Positions 50,362-59,355 of a stretch of DNA of 64,000 nucleotides are shown here, one piece after another; the stretch's first letter is position 1; the number at the start of each line of letters is the position of its first letter. Under the pieces are notes generated by a model. It was not told the DNA's origin. It saw nothing but the letters and a program-made list of their open reading frames with translations, and did not search any database. The DNA is from a virus (taxonomy: Duplodnaviria; Caudoviricetes). The translations under genes and the position numbers were made by a program. The stretch is from the IMG/VR virus record IMGVR_UViG_3300020577_014021; one strand, given 5' to 3'.

Positions 50362-50868
50362 CTATATGATTGATGAAGAAAGAAATGAATTGGTTGGCAA
50401 AATTGGCTCAGAAATTTGTTTAAAACAAACTAGAAGACGATAATCTTTAAAAAAATTATTCAAATAAAAATCAGCTCTTGCCAAACAACTTGTAAAAAAA
50501 GCATGGGAAACAGTAAGATTATTGATTTCTTTCCAATTTTTCTCACCCTTTTTTAAATCAGAAATCATATAGAGCTGATGATTTATATAATCATTTTGGT
50601 TAAAATCTAACTCATATTTTTCTTTTAGATCTGCAATAAGCATATTATCAAATTCCATTTCAGGATGTACAGTGACAGGAATACGATTTAATCTTAAAAG
50701 AAAATTATAAAAAAATTCATCTAAATTAGTACAAACTCTATTTTCAATAGTCAAATCTGGAGTGATTTTTTTTATTTTAGAAATAAAAGCAGGCACAATT
50801 ACAGGAATAGCCCATACATGTTGCTCTGTTAAAACCTGCTCAACCACTTTAATCTGTACTTTTAGCAT
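50362..50868 (-). CDS. Hypothetical protein
   Basis: ORF overlapping the end of the HU gene. Confidence 0.5.
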   Translation of the reverse strand: MLKVQIKVVEQVLTEQHVWAIPVIVPAFISKIKKITPDLTIENRVCTNLDEFFYNFLLRLNRIPVTVHPEMEFDNMLIADLKEKYELDFNQNDYINHQLYMISDLKKGEKNWKEINNLTVSHAFFTSCLARADFYLNNFFKDYRLLVCFKQISEPILPTNSFLSSSII

Positions 50869-51274
50869 TCTTTTTACGCCTTTTTAATCTAAATTCTTGT
50901 TTGTTTTTTTGTAGTTCTTTATACGCTACTTGAAGTTTAGGTTGCATATTTAATAATTCTTGTTTAAAGAATGGAGAAAGAGTGAACCTTAAAGTAATTA
51001 TTTCAGGATACGATTCCATTGACCCATGTTCACCATCCCGTATAGTATATTTTTCAATTTTTGGTCTTTTCTTTAAAGAAAAAGTACCAAATCTATATAC
51101 CTTTACTCTTTTACCTTCAAATAAAGCTTCTCGAATATTATTCCAAATAGAATCATAAAAAAATTCTATTTGCTCATTGGTTAAAACCAAATTATCGTAC
51201 TTTAAAGAACGCATCAAATCTGCTTTATTGTAGTCAAATGGATTATGTGGACGTTCTTTGAAATCTATGTACAT
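50849..51274 (-). CDS. HU/IHF-like DNA-binding protein
   Basis: 'I.EAL.EG.RV....FGTFS.K.R.....R.......F..S...K'. Confidence 0.8.
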   Translation of the reverse strand: MYIDFKERPHNPFDYNKADLMRSLKYDNLVLTNEQIEFFYDSIWNNIREALFEGKRVKVYRFGTFSLKKRPKIEKYTIRDGEHGSMESYPEIITLRFTLSPFFKQELLNMQPKLQVAYKELQKNKQEFRLKRRKKNAKSTD

Positions 51275-51279
51275 AAATT

Positions 51280-51663
51280 TTATTTTTCAGTTAAAAAGGG
51301 AATTAAAGTTTTTACAATAGATGAATATAAATAATCTTTAGATTGCTGAACTCTTGGTAATTCATTATATGGAACCATGCAAGGATGTTCTTTTTTATCT
51401 ATATCTTTAACAGGTCCATAGATCCATCCATCTTGTTCTTTATATTTTAACCACGATTTGTGTGAATCTTCAGGTATAGCTTGTGGGTTTTTAATATGAT
51501 ATTTAACACCTTCAATGGCAGATTGTTTTTGCCATTCTGGAGCCATATCCCATAATGATTGAGAAAAATCTAACTGAGTTTCACACAAAGCCCGATTGGC
51601 TTCATGACAAATTTTAGCAATGTCTTCAATTTTCATTTCATTTCCTATTTTTCTTATAAACAA
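51280..51663 (-). CDS. RyR-domain phage protein
   Basis: 'H.SW...K..DGW.YG..KD...K.HPCMVPY.ELP....KD'. Confidence 0.8.
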   Translation of the reverse strand: MFIRKIGNEMKIEDIAKICHEANRALCETQLDFSQSLWDMAPEWQKQSAIEGVKYHIKNPQAIPEDSHKSWLKYKEQDGWIYGPVKDIDKKEHPCMVPYNELPRVQQSKDYLYSSIVKTLIPFLTEK

Positions 51664-51931
51664 CTAAACGATTGTCTAAAGAATCTGGAACCAGTGAATA
51701 TGATTCTTCAGCAATTTCATGATTATCTTTTTGAGTAAAATATTTAGCCACTTGTTTTAACTCATCTACAGCACCTTGACACGTAATCTCTGTTCTTACT
51801 TCATCTAAGAAATTAAATTTAATAGAACATTTCTCAGGATTACAACCAATTTCCTTAAGTAGATTATTTTCCAAATCTTTAATTTTAACAAATCTTACTT
51901 TATCGTCTTTATCAAAATCATTTTCATTCAT
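51638..51931 (-). CDS. Hypothetical protein
   Basis: ORF with RBS. Confidence 0.5.
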   Translation of the reverse strand: MNENDFDKDDKVRFVKIKDLENNLLKEIGCNPEKCSIKFNFLDEVRTEITCQGAVDELKQVAKYFTQKDNHEIAEESYSLVPDSLDNRLVVYKKNRK

Positions 51932-51946
51932 AATATACCCTCTTTC

Positions 51947-52243
51947 TCAATTAAAAACTGTCGCTATAACAGTATAAATATCTCCAAGCACACTGTGTAT
52001 TGATAAAATGGCCATTTTATTATCATCAATATTAATTTTAATTGTTGGCTCAAGAATAGACCATTTCATCTGAGTGGCTTTAAGCATAATAAAATCATCT
52101 GTGGAGTCAAAATGAATCTTAATGATTTTGTCCTTATCATCACACAATTTCAAAAATGCCACATAATGGTCATTAAAATTTTCTTCTGGGTGAATAGAAC
52201 AATTACTTTCTTGCACATGATAAACAAAAACTTCTTCTGACAT
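51947..52243 (-). CDS. Hypothetical protein
   Basis: ORF with AAGGAG RBS. Confidence 0.5.
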   Translation of the reverse strand: MSEEVFVYHVQESNCSIHPEENFNDHYVAFLKLCDDKDKIIKIHFDSTDDFIMLKATQMKWSILEPTIKINIDDNKMAILSIHSVLGDIYTVIATVFN

Positions 52244-52314
52244 AATTTATCTCCTTATTCATTTCAGCGTTATAAAACACATAACTAAAAAAACAAAACA
52301 TGTCAATATTAAAA

Positions 52315-52665
52315 CTAATTTTCTTTTTCTTCCCATTTTTCACATTGCAAACATGTAATACCTTCAGAACGCCAAAAATCCACAACACGTTGTCTATCTT
52401 CTATAGCAAGACTAGGATTCCCATATTTATTACGTATGTAATTTAACATATCACGTTTAACTTCAACATCATTTCGTCTATCTTCTGATTTACGCATGAG
52501 CAGTTCAATATAATAAACCTCATGCCTATCTAACCATTCAATGGTTTCTTTTTTACAAATATCATTTCTACCACTACAAATAATTACAGTATCATGTTTA
52601 AAAAGACGATTCAAATAAATCATTTCATTCTTTGGCTTATCTAACAAAACACAAGAATGAAATTT
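52315..52665 (-). pseudogene. 5'-truncated T4 PseT-like polynucleotide 3'-phosphatase (HAD) domain
   Basis: 'SGR......T..WL', 'LLMR...D.R.D..VK', 'EDR..VV..WR..GI.C.Q' present; catalytic DxDGT N-terminus absent; in-frame stop just upstream. Confidence 0.7.
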
Positions 52666-52667
52666 AA

Positions 52668-52910
52668 GTGTTGGACCTTATTAAAGAAGGCGAAACGCTA
52701 TCTTCCGATGAGATACAAAAAAGGGTAAAAGATGCAGGTATAGATGTGGAAGAGACAACTGTTACTGCTACCTTATCCACTTTAGTGAATACTAAAAAAG
52801 TTCTAACAAAACCTGATAGAGGAATTTTCCATCGGCCTGTTATTAATTCAGACGTGACAGTCGATAATGATGAGAATATATTTACAATAAAGGAGAATCA
52901 AGATGATTAA
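52668..52910 (+). CDS. Winged-helix-like protein of element A (5'-truncated paralog of 57406-57804)
   Basis: LDLIKEGETLS..EI..R.K..G...RGIFHRP versus LELIQEGETIS..EI..R.K..G...RGLFHRP. Confidence 0.6.
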   Translation: MLDLIKEGETLSSDEIQKRVKDAGIDVEETTVTATLSTLVNTKKVLTKPDRGIFHRPVINSDVTVDNDENIFTIKENQDD

Positions 52911-52956
52911 AATTAAAAGAAGAATTGCATTGCGCCAAACCAGCAGAAGAATATAG
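52903..52956 (+). CDS. Candidate basic micropeptide MIKIKRRIALRQTSRRI
   Basis: AAGGAGAATCAAGATG start context conserved with element B (AAGGAGAATCACGATG). Confidence 0.4.
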   Translation: MIKIKRRIALRQTSRRI

Positions 52957-53009
52957 CGCAGAATAGGAATCGGATTGACCTTGAGCTGCGCTACAACATA
53001 AATAAAATA

Positions 53010-53142
53010 CCACACTTGCGCTTAACTTTGCAGGGAAAACGCAAGTGTGGAAAGTCCAGTCATAAAAATAAAAAGGGGCGTGGTTAGGTGCCGGCGTTGA
53101 ACTTGAGACTCTACTCCAGGGTTTCGATACCCCTACGCTCCA
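53010..53142. ncRNA. Candidate structured RNA, copy 2: hairpin (53010-53050) plus tRNA-Ala-like domain (53075-53142, + strand)
   Basis: CCACACTTGCG/CGCAAGTGTGG; GGGGCGT/ACGCTCC-A with G3.U70; AGGG-TTTCGATAC-CCCT T-arm-like. Confidence 0.65.
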
Positions 53143-53158
53143 TATTTTATTTTTCTAG

Positions 53159-53187
53159 ATTATACTTCAACATTTAACAAGTGTCAA
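53159..53187 (-). promoter_or_regulatory. Perfect sigma-70 promoter TTGACA-17-TATAAT firing into the RNA element
   Basis: Reverse complement reads TTGACA CTTGTTAAATGTTGAAG TATAAT. Confidence 0.8.
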
Positions 53188-53282
53188 TTAAATTAGTTAA
53201 CATTCGTTATATTGAATCAAAAAACAATATAAAAATTATAGGATAATGATAGTTGATATCAAATGCTATCATGATAAGTAGC

Positions 53283-54029
53283 ATGGCAAATGTATTAAAT
53301 ACTGATAAGCAAATCTTAATTATTCATTTATTGGTTGAAGGTGTGAGCACTCGAGCTATTGAACGGATAACAGGTGTTCATCACGATACTGTTATAAAGT
53401 TAGGTCTAAGAATAGGTCAGCAATGCCATTTAATGCTCGACAAAAAAATGATGAATATTGAAAGCAACAAAATTCAGGTTGATGAGATTTGGGGCTTTAT
53501 CAAAAAGAAGCAAAAGAACGTTAATCCTAATGAAGAAAAAGTTGGAGACGCGTGGACATTTGTAGCAATGGACGCTGAATCTAAATTAGTACCTTGTTTT
53601 AGGGTTGGTAAACGCGATGCTGAGACAGCAAACGCATTCATTGGTGATTTAGCAGCCCGTTTGAAAAACCGTGTTCAAATTTCCAGTGATGGTCTTAAGG
53701 CCTATATTGAGGCTGTTGAAAAAGCTTTTGGTACTGAAGTAGACTATGCTCAAACTGTCAAAACGCATCCTGCTTCTAAAAAATCATTAACAGAAACTTC
53801 GCCCGATATTGCTGAGCAGAACAATAAAGAAACTAAAATAGAAAAAGCTATTATTATTGGTAATCCTGTTTTTGGTGATATTTCAACGTCTTTAATTGAA
53901 CGGCAAAATTTAACAATGCGAATGCATTCTAGGCGTTTGACTCGACTAACAAATGCCTTTAGTAAAAAACTTGAGAACTTTGAGGCCGCTATGGCTCTTC
54001 ACTTCGCTTATTATAATTTTGTAAGAATT
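53283..54029 (+). pseudogene. IS1-family DDE transposase of element A, 5' part (interrupted)
   Basis: N-terminal HTH, 'QVDEIWGF.KKK', 'SSDG..AY', 'IERQNLTMR...RRLTR.TNAFSKK'; reading frame resumes at 58570. Confidence 0.85.
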
Positions 54030-54079
54030 GGTCATGTCCTAATTTGAACATATATAATATTTGACAAGTCCACATTTTT

Positions 54080-54763
54080 ATGCATGTATCGCTGAAGGCA
54101 GGTAATCTTGATCTTTATCGATCAACTTCCAATTCTCAAATTCTTAATCTATACTATAATATGACATTACAAGGAAATGCATCACCCGCTCAATTGCTCG
54201 CAGAAGTTGATAAGATTGATGAAGATCCTAATTGCAAAGATAAAGATAAAATAGATGACGGAAAAGCGTCTTTTGTATTTGAAGAAATTAAAGAACGCTT
54301 AAAAAGTATCCTTGAATCTTCAGATACTATTGACAAAAAGATCCATAATTTCATCCTTTTAAAAGTAGCAATAATAGGATTGTTTACAGGTGCTTTATTC
54401 AAGCCAATTCCTAATAGCGCAAGCATAATGCCAGAGATGAACGAGCTTAATATAAGTATCATTGTGTTTATTGGAATATTAACGGTTGGTTTAATACAAT
54501 TGGTCTTGGCTCTTTCCCCTAAAAAATATTTTGTAACAGGAAGCTCTCCGCAAGAAATCTACAAAAAATCCATTTTAGAAAAAAATCTTAAAGCTATTAA
54601 AATATCTCTTGGAGCATCTTATCAAGAAAGAATAGATTTGGCTGAAGAAAATCAAAGATATAAAGTCAAAAAACTCAAATTTTCACTATATGTATTAATA
54701 ATTGATTTCGTGTTTCTGGCTTTGTCTCCACTTTTATTTTTTCTTAAGAGTCGATTTTTCTAG
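54080..54763 (+). CDS. 3-TM membrane protein (Pycsar-effector-like topology), cargo
   Basis: 'D.K....I' before TM1, 'LALSP' after TM2, 'K.K.LK.S' before TM3; real start may be MTLQ. Confidence 0.55.
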   Translation: MHVSLKAGNLDLYRSTSNSQILNLYYNMTLQGNASPAQLLAEVDKIDEDPNCKDKDKIDDGKASFVFEEIKERLKSILESSDTIDKKIHNFILLKVAIIGLFTGALFKPIPNSASIMPEMNELNISIIVFIGILTVGLIQLVLALSPKKYFVTGSSPQEIYKKSILEKNLKAIKISLGASYQERIDLAEENQRYKVKKLKFSLYVLIIDFVFLALSPLLFFLKSRFF

Positions 54764-54916
54764 ATGAGAGATATTTTCTATAACTTTATAATTAGATCCC
54801 ACTTGTGCCAACGTGTTAGGGTCTAGTTCCTGAAGTTTTTCGATTATGAAATCCAATTTATTATTGATTTGCTCTTGAAAATCTTTATTTCCTTTTTCTT
54901 TACAAGAGTCGCTCAT
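54734..54916 (-). CDS. Small hypothetical protein
   Basis: 60-aa ORF downstream of the secreted protein. Confidence 0.3.
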   Translation of the reverse strand: MSDSCKEKGNKDFQEQINNKLDFIIEKLQELDPNTLAQVGSNYKVIENISHLEKSTLKKK

Positions 54917-54969
54917 AAGTTAAGTCAGAATATCGTTCATTAGTTTTTCTGTAAAGACAAAAAATCAAA

Positions 54970-55578
54970 TTATTTCTCTGCTGCAATCTGTGCCTGACAC
55001 TCCCTGATAACTCTTTCCTTGCCGAGGTTCTGTTTGATGATGTTGCAAATGTTGACCACATGTTGTTTTCTTTCATCGTAATCATACCATTTATCCAACT
55101 TGTGTTTTTCATTGGCACTACTGCCATACAAGGTTCTAGCAAATTCAACTTGCATATCTTTCGGGGAAGTTCCTGTATAAGTAATGACTTGGCGCGCTAT
55201 CCATGAATCGCGCCACCAATTAGATTTTTTTAACAAGGAAAAATATTGGTCACCTAAATGACATACTCCTACAGCTTCGTACTCCATCACATTTTTAAAG
55301 GCTTTTTTCATGTAAGAAGCCATTTTGTTCTGCATGGCTTGGATGAATTTGTCTTCATTGGCATTTTTTCCAGGGTTCCCGATTTTTATAGTAATCCTGT
55401 CGATATCTTCACAATTGCCGGCGTCATACGCAAATACATCAACAATTCCTTGAATGTCTTTTGTCCATAATGGATCTGCATTAATTATATTTACATAAGA
55501 AGCGTAATCTATTTCTTTTTCTTCAGCAAACAGCTGAAATGCCAAAGTTAAATTTAAAACAAAGATCACCTTTCTCAT
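54970..55578 (-). CDS. Secreted protein (element B core)
   Basis: Signal peptide MRKVIFVLNLTLAFQLFA; paralog of 59356-59967. Confidence 0.7.
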   Translation of the reverse strand: MRKVIFVLNLTLAFQLFAEEKEIDYASYVNIINADPLWTKDIQGIVDVFAYDAGNCEDIDRITIKIGNPGKNANEDKFIQAMQNKMASYMKKAFKNVMEYEAVGVCHLGDQYFSLLKKSNWWRDSWIARQVITYTGTSPKDMQVEFARTLYGSSANEKHKLDKWYDYDERKQHVVNICNIIKQNLGKERVIRECQAQIAAEK

Positions 55579-55699
55579 TATATATCTCCTTTTTGGGTTT
55601 AAATGGAGGTCTTAGTAGCAAGTTATGCGGCCGATTACAACAAAGGGGTCAAATTGGAGGTTTAATTAATAGGTGATTTTCTTGAAGTCATAACACTTC

Positions 55700-55978
55700 A
55701 TGAAACCATCAGCTAAACGTTTTGCTCAACAACTCCAATGTTTGGCTGCCAATATTAAAAGGCTGCGAAAAAAATCTAACTTAACCCAGATGCAATTGGC
55801 TGAAGTGGTTGATATTGAATTAAAATACCTTCAAAAACTGGAGTCTGGCAGAAAAAACCCAAGTATAGCCATTGTCTTAGCTATAGCTGAGGCCTTTAAA
55901 GTAGACTTGGGTGAACTATTTCTAGATATACCACTGGTTAAGCAAAAAACTGGTAGACCTAAAAAATTAACTCTTTGA
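55700..55978 (+). CDS. XRE-family HTH regulator (element B)
   Basis: 'NIKRLR...LTQ.QLAE......Y...LESG..NPS'. Confidence 0.9.
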   Translation: MKPSAKRFAQQLQCLAANIKRLRKKSNLTQMQLAEVVDIELKYLQKLESGRKNPSIAIVLAIAEAFKVDLGELFLDIPLVKQKTGRPKKLTL

Positions 55979-56257
55979 TTTATCTTTATTTTGACTTACA
56001 ATAGCAGCTTGAACTGCCCTTAAGGGGCTATTAATAGGTGGGATATCTAAGACAGTTACAAACTGTTGATCACCTTCATCATCTATATACTGCCAAGCAT
56101 AACATTTATTTGTTTTAGGGTGGTCAATTAATGTAAAAACCTCTACTTTACCTTCCCAGACAGTTTGGCCTTTGAAAGTTTCTTTGACTGTTACAGTTTT
56201 TAAATAGGTAGCTTTGCAATGATGAAGCTCTTCAATGATTTCTTTAATTTCATCCAC
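55967..56257 (-). CDS. Conserved 96-aa protein downstream of transposase (element B)
   Basis: Highly similar to 58672-58962 ('HHC..TYLK.V.VKE.F..Q.VWEG.VEVF.L..HPKT.KCY.W'). Confidence 0.75.
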   Translation of the reverse strand: MDEIKEIIEELHHCKATYLKTVTVKETFKGQTVWEGKVEVFTLIDHPKTNKCYAWQYIDDEGDQQFVTVLDIPPINSPLRAVQAAIVSQNKDKSKS

Positions 56258-56272
56258 AACAGCTATTTTATA

Positions 56273-57103
56273 TCATAATTCTAACAAATCTCCAATTTCC
56301 CATAAACGATCTGTAATCCCAGCCTCCATAGCAGGGGTCACTCGTAAAGTATAATGTATATTTACAAAATTATAACAGGCAAAATATAAACCAATGGACG
56401 CTTCAAAATTCTCATACTTTTTGCTGAAGCCATTGGTCTTACGCGTTAAACGCCTATTGTTTATGCGCATCGTCAGGTTTTGACGTTCAATCAAAGAAGT
56501 CGAAATGTCTTTCTCAATAGGGTTGCCAATGACAATCGTCTTTTCAACGTTAACTTTTTTATCGTCCTGTTTTTCGACTCCGGCTTCTAAAGCATCAACA
56601 CCTTTTTTCTTCTTGGCATAGGTTTTAACAACTTGCGCATACTCTACTTCTTCGCCAAATCCATTTTCAACAGCTTCAATATATGCAGGAAGCCCGTCAC
56701 TGGAAAGTTGTACTCGGCTCGTTAAACGGCCTACCAAGTCGGCAATAAAAGCGTTAGCATTTTCTCCATCTCGTTTGCCAATTCTATAGCAGGGTACCAG
56801 CTTAGTCTCCGGATCCATGGCCACAAACGTCCAAACACTGCCGACTTTTTCTTCGCCCGGTTTAACGTTTTTCTCTTTTTTCTTAACAAAACCCCAAATC
56901 TCATCGACTTGAATTTTATTGCTTTTGATGTTTTTCATGGTCTTATCGAGCATTTGCTGGCATTTTTGACCAACCTTGACCCCTAATCGCATAATGGTAT
57001 CACGATGAATATGTAGTGTTCCTTCAATAGCGCGAATACTTGCGCCCTTAGCTAATAAATGGATAACTTTGATTTGTTTATCTTTATTTAAAACATAGAC
57101 CAT
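56273..57103 (-). CDS. IS1-family DDE transposase (intact, element B)
   Basis: QVDEIWGF, SSDGLPAY, IERQNLTMR, 'H.TLRVTPAMEAGITD..W'; start set by alignment with the element A copy. Confidence 0.88.
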   Translation of the reverse strand: MVYVLNKDKQIKVIHLLAKGASIRAIEGTLHIHRDTIMRLGVKVGQKCQQMLDKTMKNIKSNKIQVDEIWGFVKKKEKNVKPGEEKVGSVWTFVAMDPETKLVPCYRIGKRDGENANAFIADLVGRLTSRVQLSSDGLPAYIEAVENGFGEEVEYAQVVKTYAKKKKGVDALEAGVEKQDDKKVNVEKTIVIGNPIEKDISTSLIERQNLTMRINNRRLTRKTNGFSKKYENFEASIGLYFACYNFVNIHYTLRVTPAMEAGITDRLWEIGDLLEL

Positions 57104-57203
57104 AATAGTTATTATGATAGATGAACAATTACCTATCATTCTTTTCTTGCTATAATTTTGATGTAATTCTACCGTTTAGTGAAAGAAATATTCACTAATG
57201 GGG

Positions 57204-57232
57204 TTGACAAGGGGATGTAATGAGGATATAAA
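57204..57232 (+). promoter_or_regulatory. Sigma-70 promoter TTGACA-17-TATAAA divergent from transposase B
   Basis: Syntenic with the promoter at 53159-53187. Confidence 0.7.
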
Positions 57233-57236
57233 AAAT

Positions 57237-57313
57237 GCCGGATCTACCAATATGCCTCTGCCACGATTTATATTGGGATTTCTAATGCGCTTAATAACTT
57301 GAAGTGCTCCGGC
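57237..57313 (+). ncRNA. Candidate 77-nt three-way-junction small RNA
   Basis: GCCGGA/TCCGGC closing stem; CCAATAT/ATATTGG and GCGCTT/AAGTGC (G.U on + strand) hairpins; begins at the expected +1. Confidence 0.5.
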
Positions 57314-57321
57314 GGTAAAAA

Positions 57322-57390
57322 TCAAGGCGCACAGGTTATTGTTTGCATCCTCATTGAATAAGTTATTATTTTATTTCTTATCATAGTCAT
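57322..57390 (-). CDS. Candidate micropeptide MTMIRNKIITYSMRMQTITCAP
   Basis: Strong RBS, start context conserved with 52903. Confidence 0.4.
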   Translation of the reverse strand: MTMIRNKIITYSMRMQTITCAP

Positions 57391-57405
57391 CGTGATTCTC
57401 CTTTT

Positions 57406-57804
57406 TTAAATTTGTTCCTTAGTATCAACCACTTGCTCAGAACTCAATGGTCGATGAAAAAGACCTCGGCCAGCCTTTTGAATAGCTCCTTTATTTCTAA
57501 ACAGAGAGGATAAAGCTGAGATAATCACTCCTTTTTCAAGTTCTAAACCTTTAACTTTTGCTCTACTTTCAATCTCTGCCAGAGAAATAGTTTCTCCTTC
57601 TTGTATGAGCTCTAAAATTTCATTTTGTATGCTTCCTGTGCGTTTTTTAAAATTATCTCTGTTATGAGAAGAAATATAATCTGTGTTTTTTTTATGTCCG
57701 GAAGAATCATTGGATTCATAAGCCAGCAAAGCTGCTCTCACTTTCTTTAGCTCTGCTTCAAGTTCCATTTCAGTTTGCTTCAGTAAATCATGAATGTTTT
57801 TCAT
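57406..57804 (-). CDS. Coiled-coil plus winged-helix-like protein (element B)
   Basis: N-terminal heptads, C-terminal wHTH-like region; paralog at 52668. Confidence 0.6.
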   Translation of the reverse strand: MKNIHDLLKQTEMELEAELKKVRAALLAYESNDSSGHKKNTDYISSHNRDNFKKRTGSIQNEILELIQEGETISLAEIESRAKVKGLELEKGVIISALSSLFRNKGAIQKAGRGLFHRPLSSEQVVDTKEQI

Positions 57805-58006
57805 ATTATGAGAGATTGTATATTTTATCTGTAATTTTAAATCAAGATGTTTTCATGAAAATTACATTTTATCTATGATTTTACGGCAACACTGCGAGAT
57901 CTATGTTGATTATTGCGTGCTGGTGATATATATTGATGAGTATTCCATGTGGAGGAGATCTATCAAACTTAAAGGCCTTAAGATTGATACTCATTAAAGG
58001 AACCTA

Positions 58007-58336
58007 ATGTACAAGAAAATTTTTATCGATGCGATATTTAATAAGAAGCTGATTGAGCTATCGTTTTTTTCAAAAGAAGATGGATGCGTTATCACACGCA
58101 AATGCGCGCCCATGGATTTTGGACAAAGCAGAAGATTTAAAGACAATATTGAACGCTATCACGTATGGGACTATTTCCCTGACGGAGGAAGAAAACCTCA
58201 TCCAATTCTTATTGAGCCTGAAAACGTTAAATCAATGAAAATTCTAGACCAATTATTTGATCCAAAAGATTTCGTTACCTGGAATTTAAATATAAATCCT
58301 TGGCACGTGCGTAGAGATTGGGGTCAATATTCATAA
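58007..58336 (+). CDS. Stand-alone WYL-like domain protein, cargo
   Basis: 'AI..K..I.L.F....G...TR...P.D.G.....Y..WD' WYL-like pattern. Confidence 0.5.
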   Translation: MYKKIFIDAIFNKKLIELSFFSKEDGCVITRKCAPMDFGQSRRFKDNIERYHVWDYFPDGGRKPHPILIEPENVKSMKILDQLFDPKDFVTWNLNINPWHVRRDWGQYS

Positions 58337-58569
58337 TTTTGTCATATAACCACGATGCCTGCTCGTATGATAATTCAATACTGTCTTCAGGTTCTGGGTT
58401 GGGGCCACCAAAAGAAAGTAACCATGCCACTCTGTCTTTAAGGTGGACTTCAACCAATATCGGAGGAGAAACTAATGTGTTTTTCATGCATATATTATAA
58501 GTTGCAATGCATAAAAAATAAACCTGTCAAGCGTTTTTTATAGTTAAATTAGGACATGACCTAAGAATT

Positions 58570-58665
58570 CATATGTCCTTACGCGTTACACCAGCCATGG
58601 AAGCAGGTTTAACAAACCATGTGTGGAAAGTTGTAGATTTAATAGAACATTATGATAAAACATAA
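58570..58665 (+). pseudogene. 3' remainder of transposase A
   Basis: HMSLRVTPAMEAGLTNHVWKVVDLIEHYDKT*, in frame with ...YNFVRI once element B and one target duplication copy are removed. Confidence 0.9.
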
Positions 58666-58671
58666 AATGTA

Positions 58672-58962
58672 ATGGATCATCTTAAAGAAATAGTTAAAAA
58701 ACTTCATCATTGTGAATCAACATACTTAAAATCTGTTCTAGTAAAAGAAGTCTTTCAAAATCAAATAGTTTGGGAAGGACAAGTTGAAGTATTTTCATTA
58801 ATTAATCACCCTAAAACAGATAAATGTTATGTTTGGGAGTATATTGATGACGAAGGCGATCAACAATTTGTAACAGTTTTAGGGATTCCGCCCGTAGATT
58901 CCGCCCAAAAAGCAGTTCAAGTGGCTATTGCTAATCAATTTAAGAATAAATTAAAGGCTTAA
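58672..58962 (+). CDS. Conserved 96-aa protein downstream of transposase (element A)
   Basis: Paralog of 55967-56257. Confidence 0.75.
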   Translation: MDHLKEIVKKLHHCESTYLKSVLVKEVFQNQIVWEGQVEVFSLINHPKTDKCYVWEYIDDEGDQQFVTVLGIPPVDSAQKAVQVAIANQFKNKLKA

Positions 58963-59234
58963 CTGTTTTTCTTAGGCCTGCCCCTCTTCTGTCTTATAAG
59001 TGGAATATCAACGAATAAATCGTCTAATTTTATTTTAAAATAATCTGCTACTGCCAACGCAACAGCTATGCTTGGATTTACTTGCCCTGATTCTAGCTTC
59101 TGTAAGTATTTGAATTCTATATCAACTTTTTCAGACAACTGCATTTGAGTAAGTTTAGCTTCTAATCTCAGTTTCCTTATATTGGCTGATAGTAATTTCA
59201 AATGTTGAGAATAACGGCTGGCAGAAGGTTTCAT
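58959..59234 (-). CDS. XRE-family HTH regulator (element A)
   Basis: Paralog of 55700-55978; ends in basic 'KRGRPKK'. Confidence 0.9.
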   Translation of the reverse strand: MKPSASRYSQHLKLLSANIRKLRLEAKLTQMQLSEKVDIEFKYLQKLESGQVNPSIAVALAVADYFKIKLDDLFVDIPLIRQKRGRPKKNS

Positions 59235-59355
59235 TAAGCATGATCAGTCTTAAAGAATCCGATCACAAATAAAACCTCGAATTCGGTCCATTACATTGAA
59301 ATCGACTGAAAGCTTTGCTAGTCAGTATAAAATTGGACCTATTTGGAGGCTTTTA

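Larger units (their letters stand above)
54030..58561 (-). mobile_element. Element B: intact 4532-bp IS1-family cargo (transporter) element
   Basis: Terminal inverted repeats GGTCATGTCCTAATTT (54030-54045 / 58546-58561); target duplication TAAGAATT (54022-54029 / 58562-58569); intact transposase. Confidence 0.92.

Noticed and set aside
53075-53142. Canonical tRNA gene (Ser-TGA or Ala), also at 14573-14641
   Set aside because: No D-stem or anticodon stem can be formed; reported as tRNA-like instead
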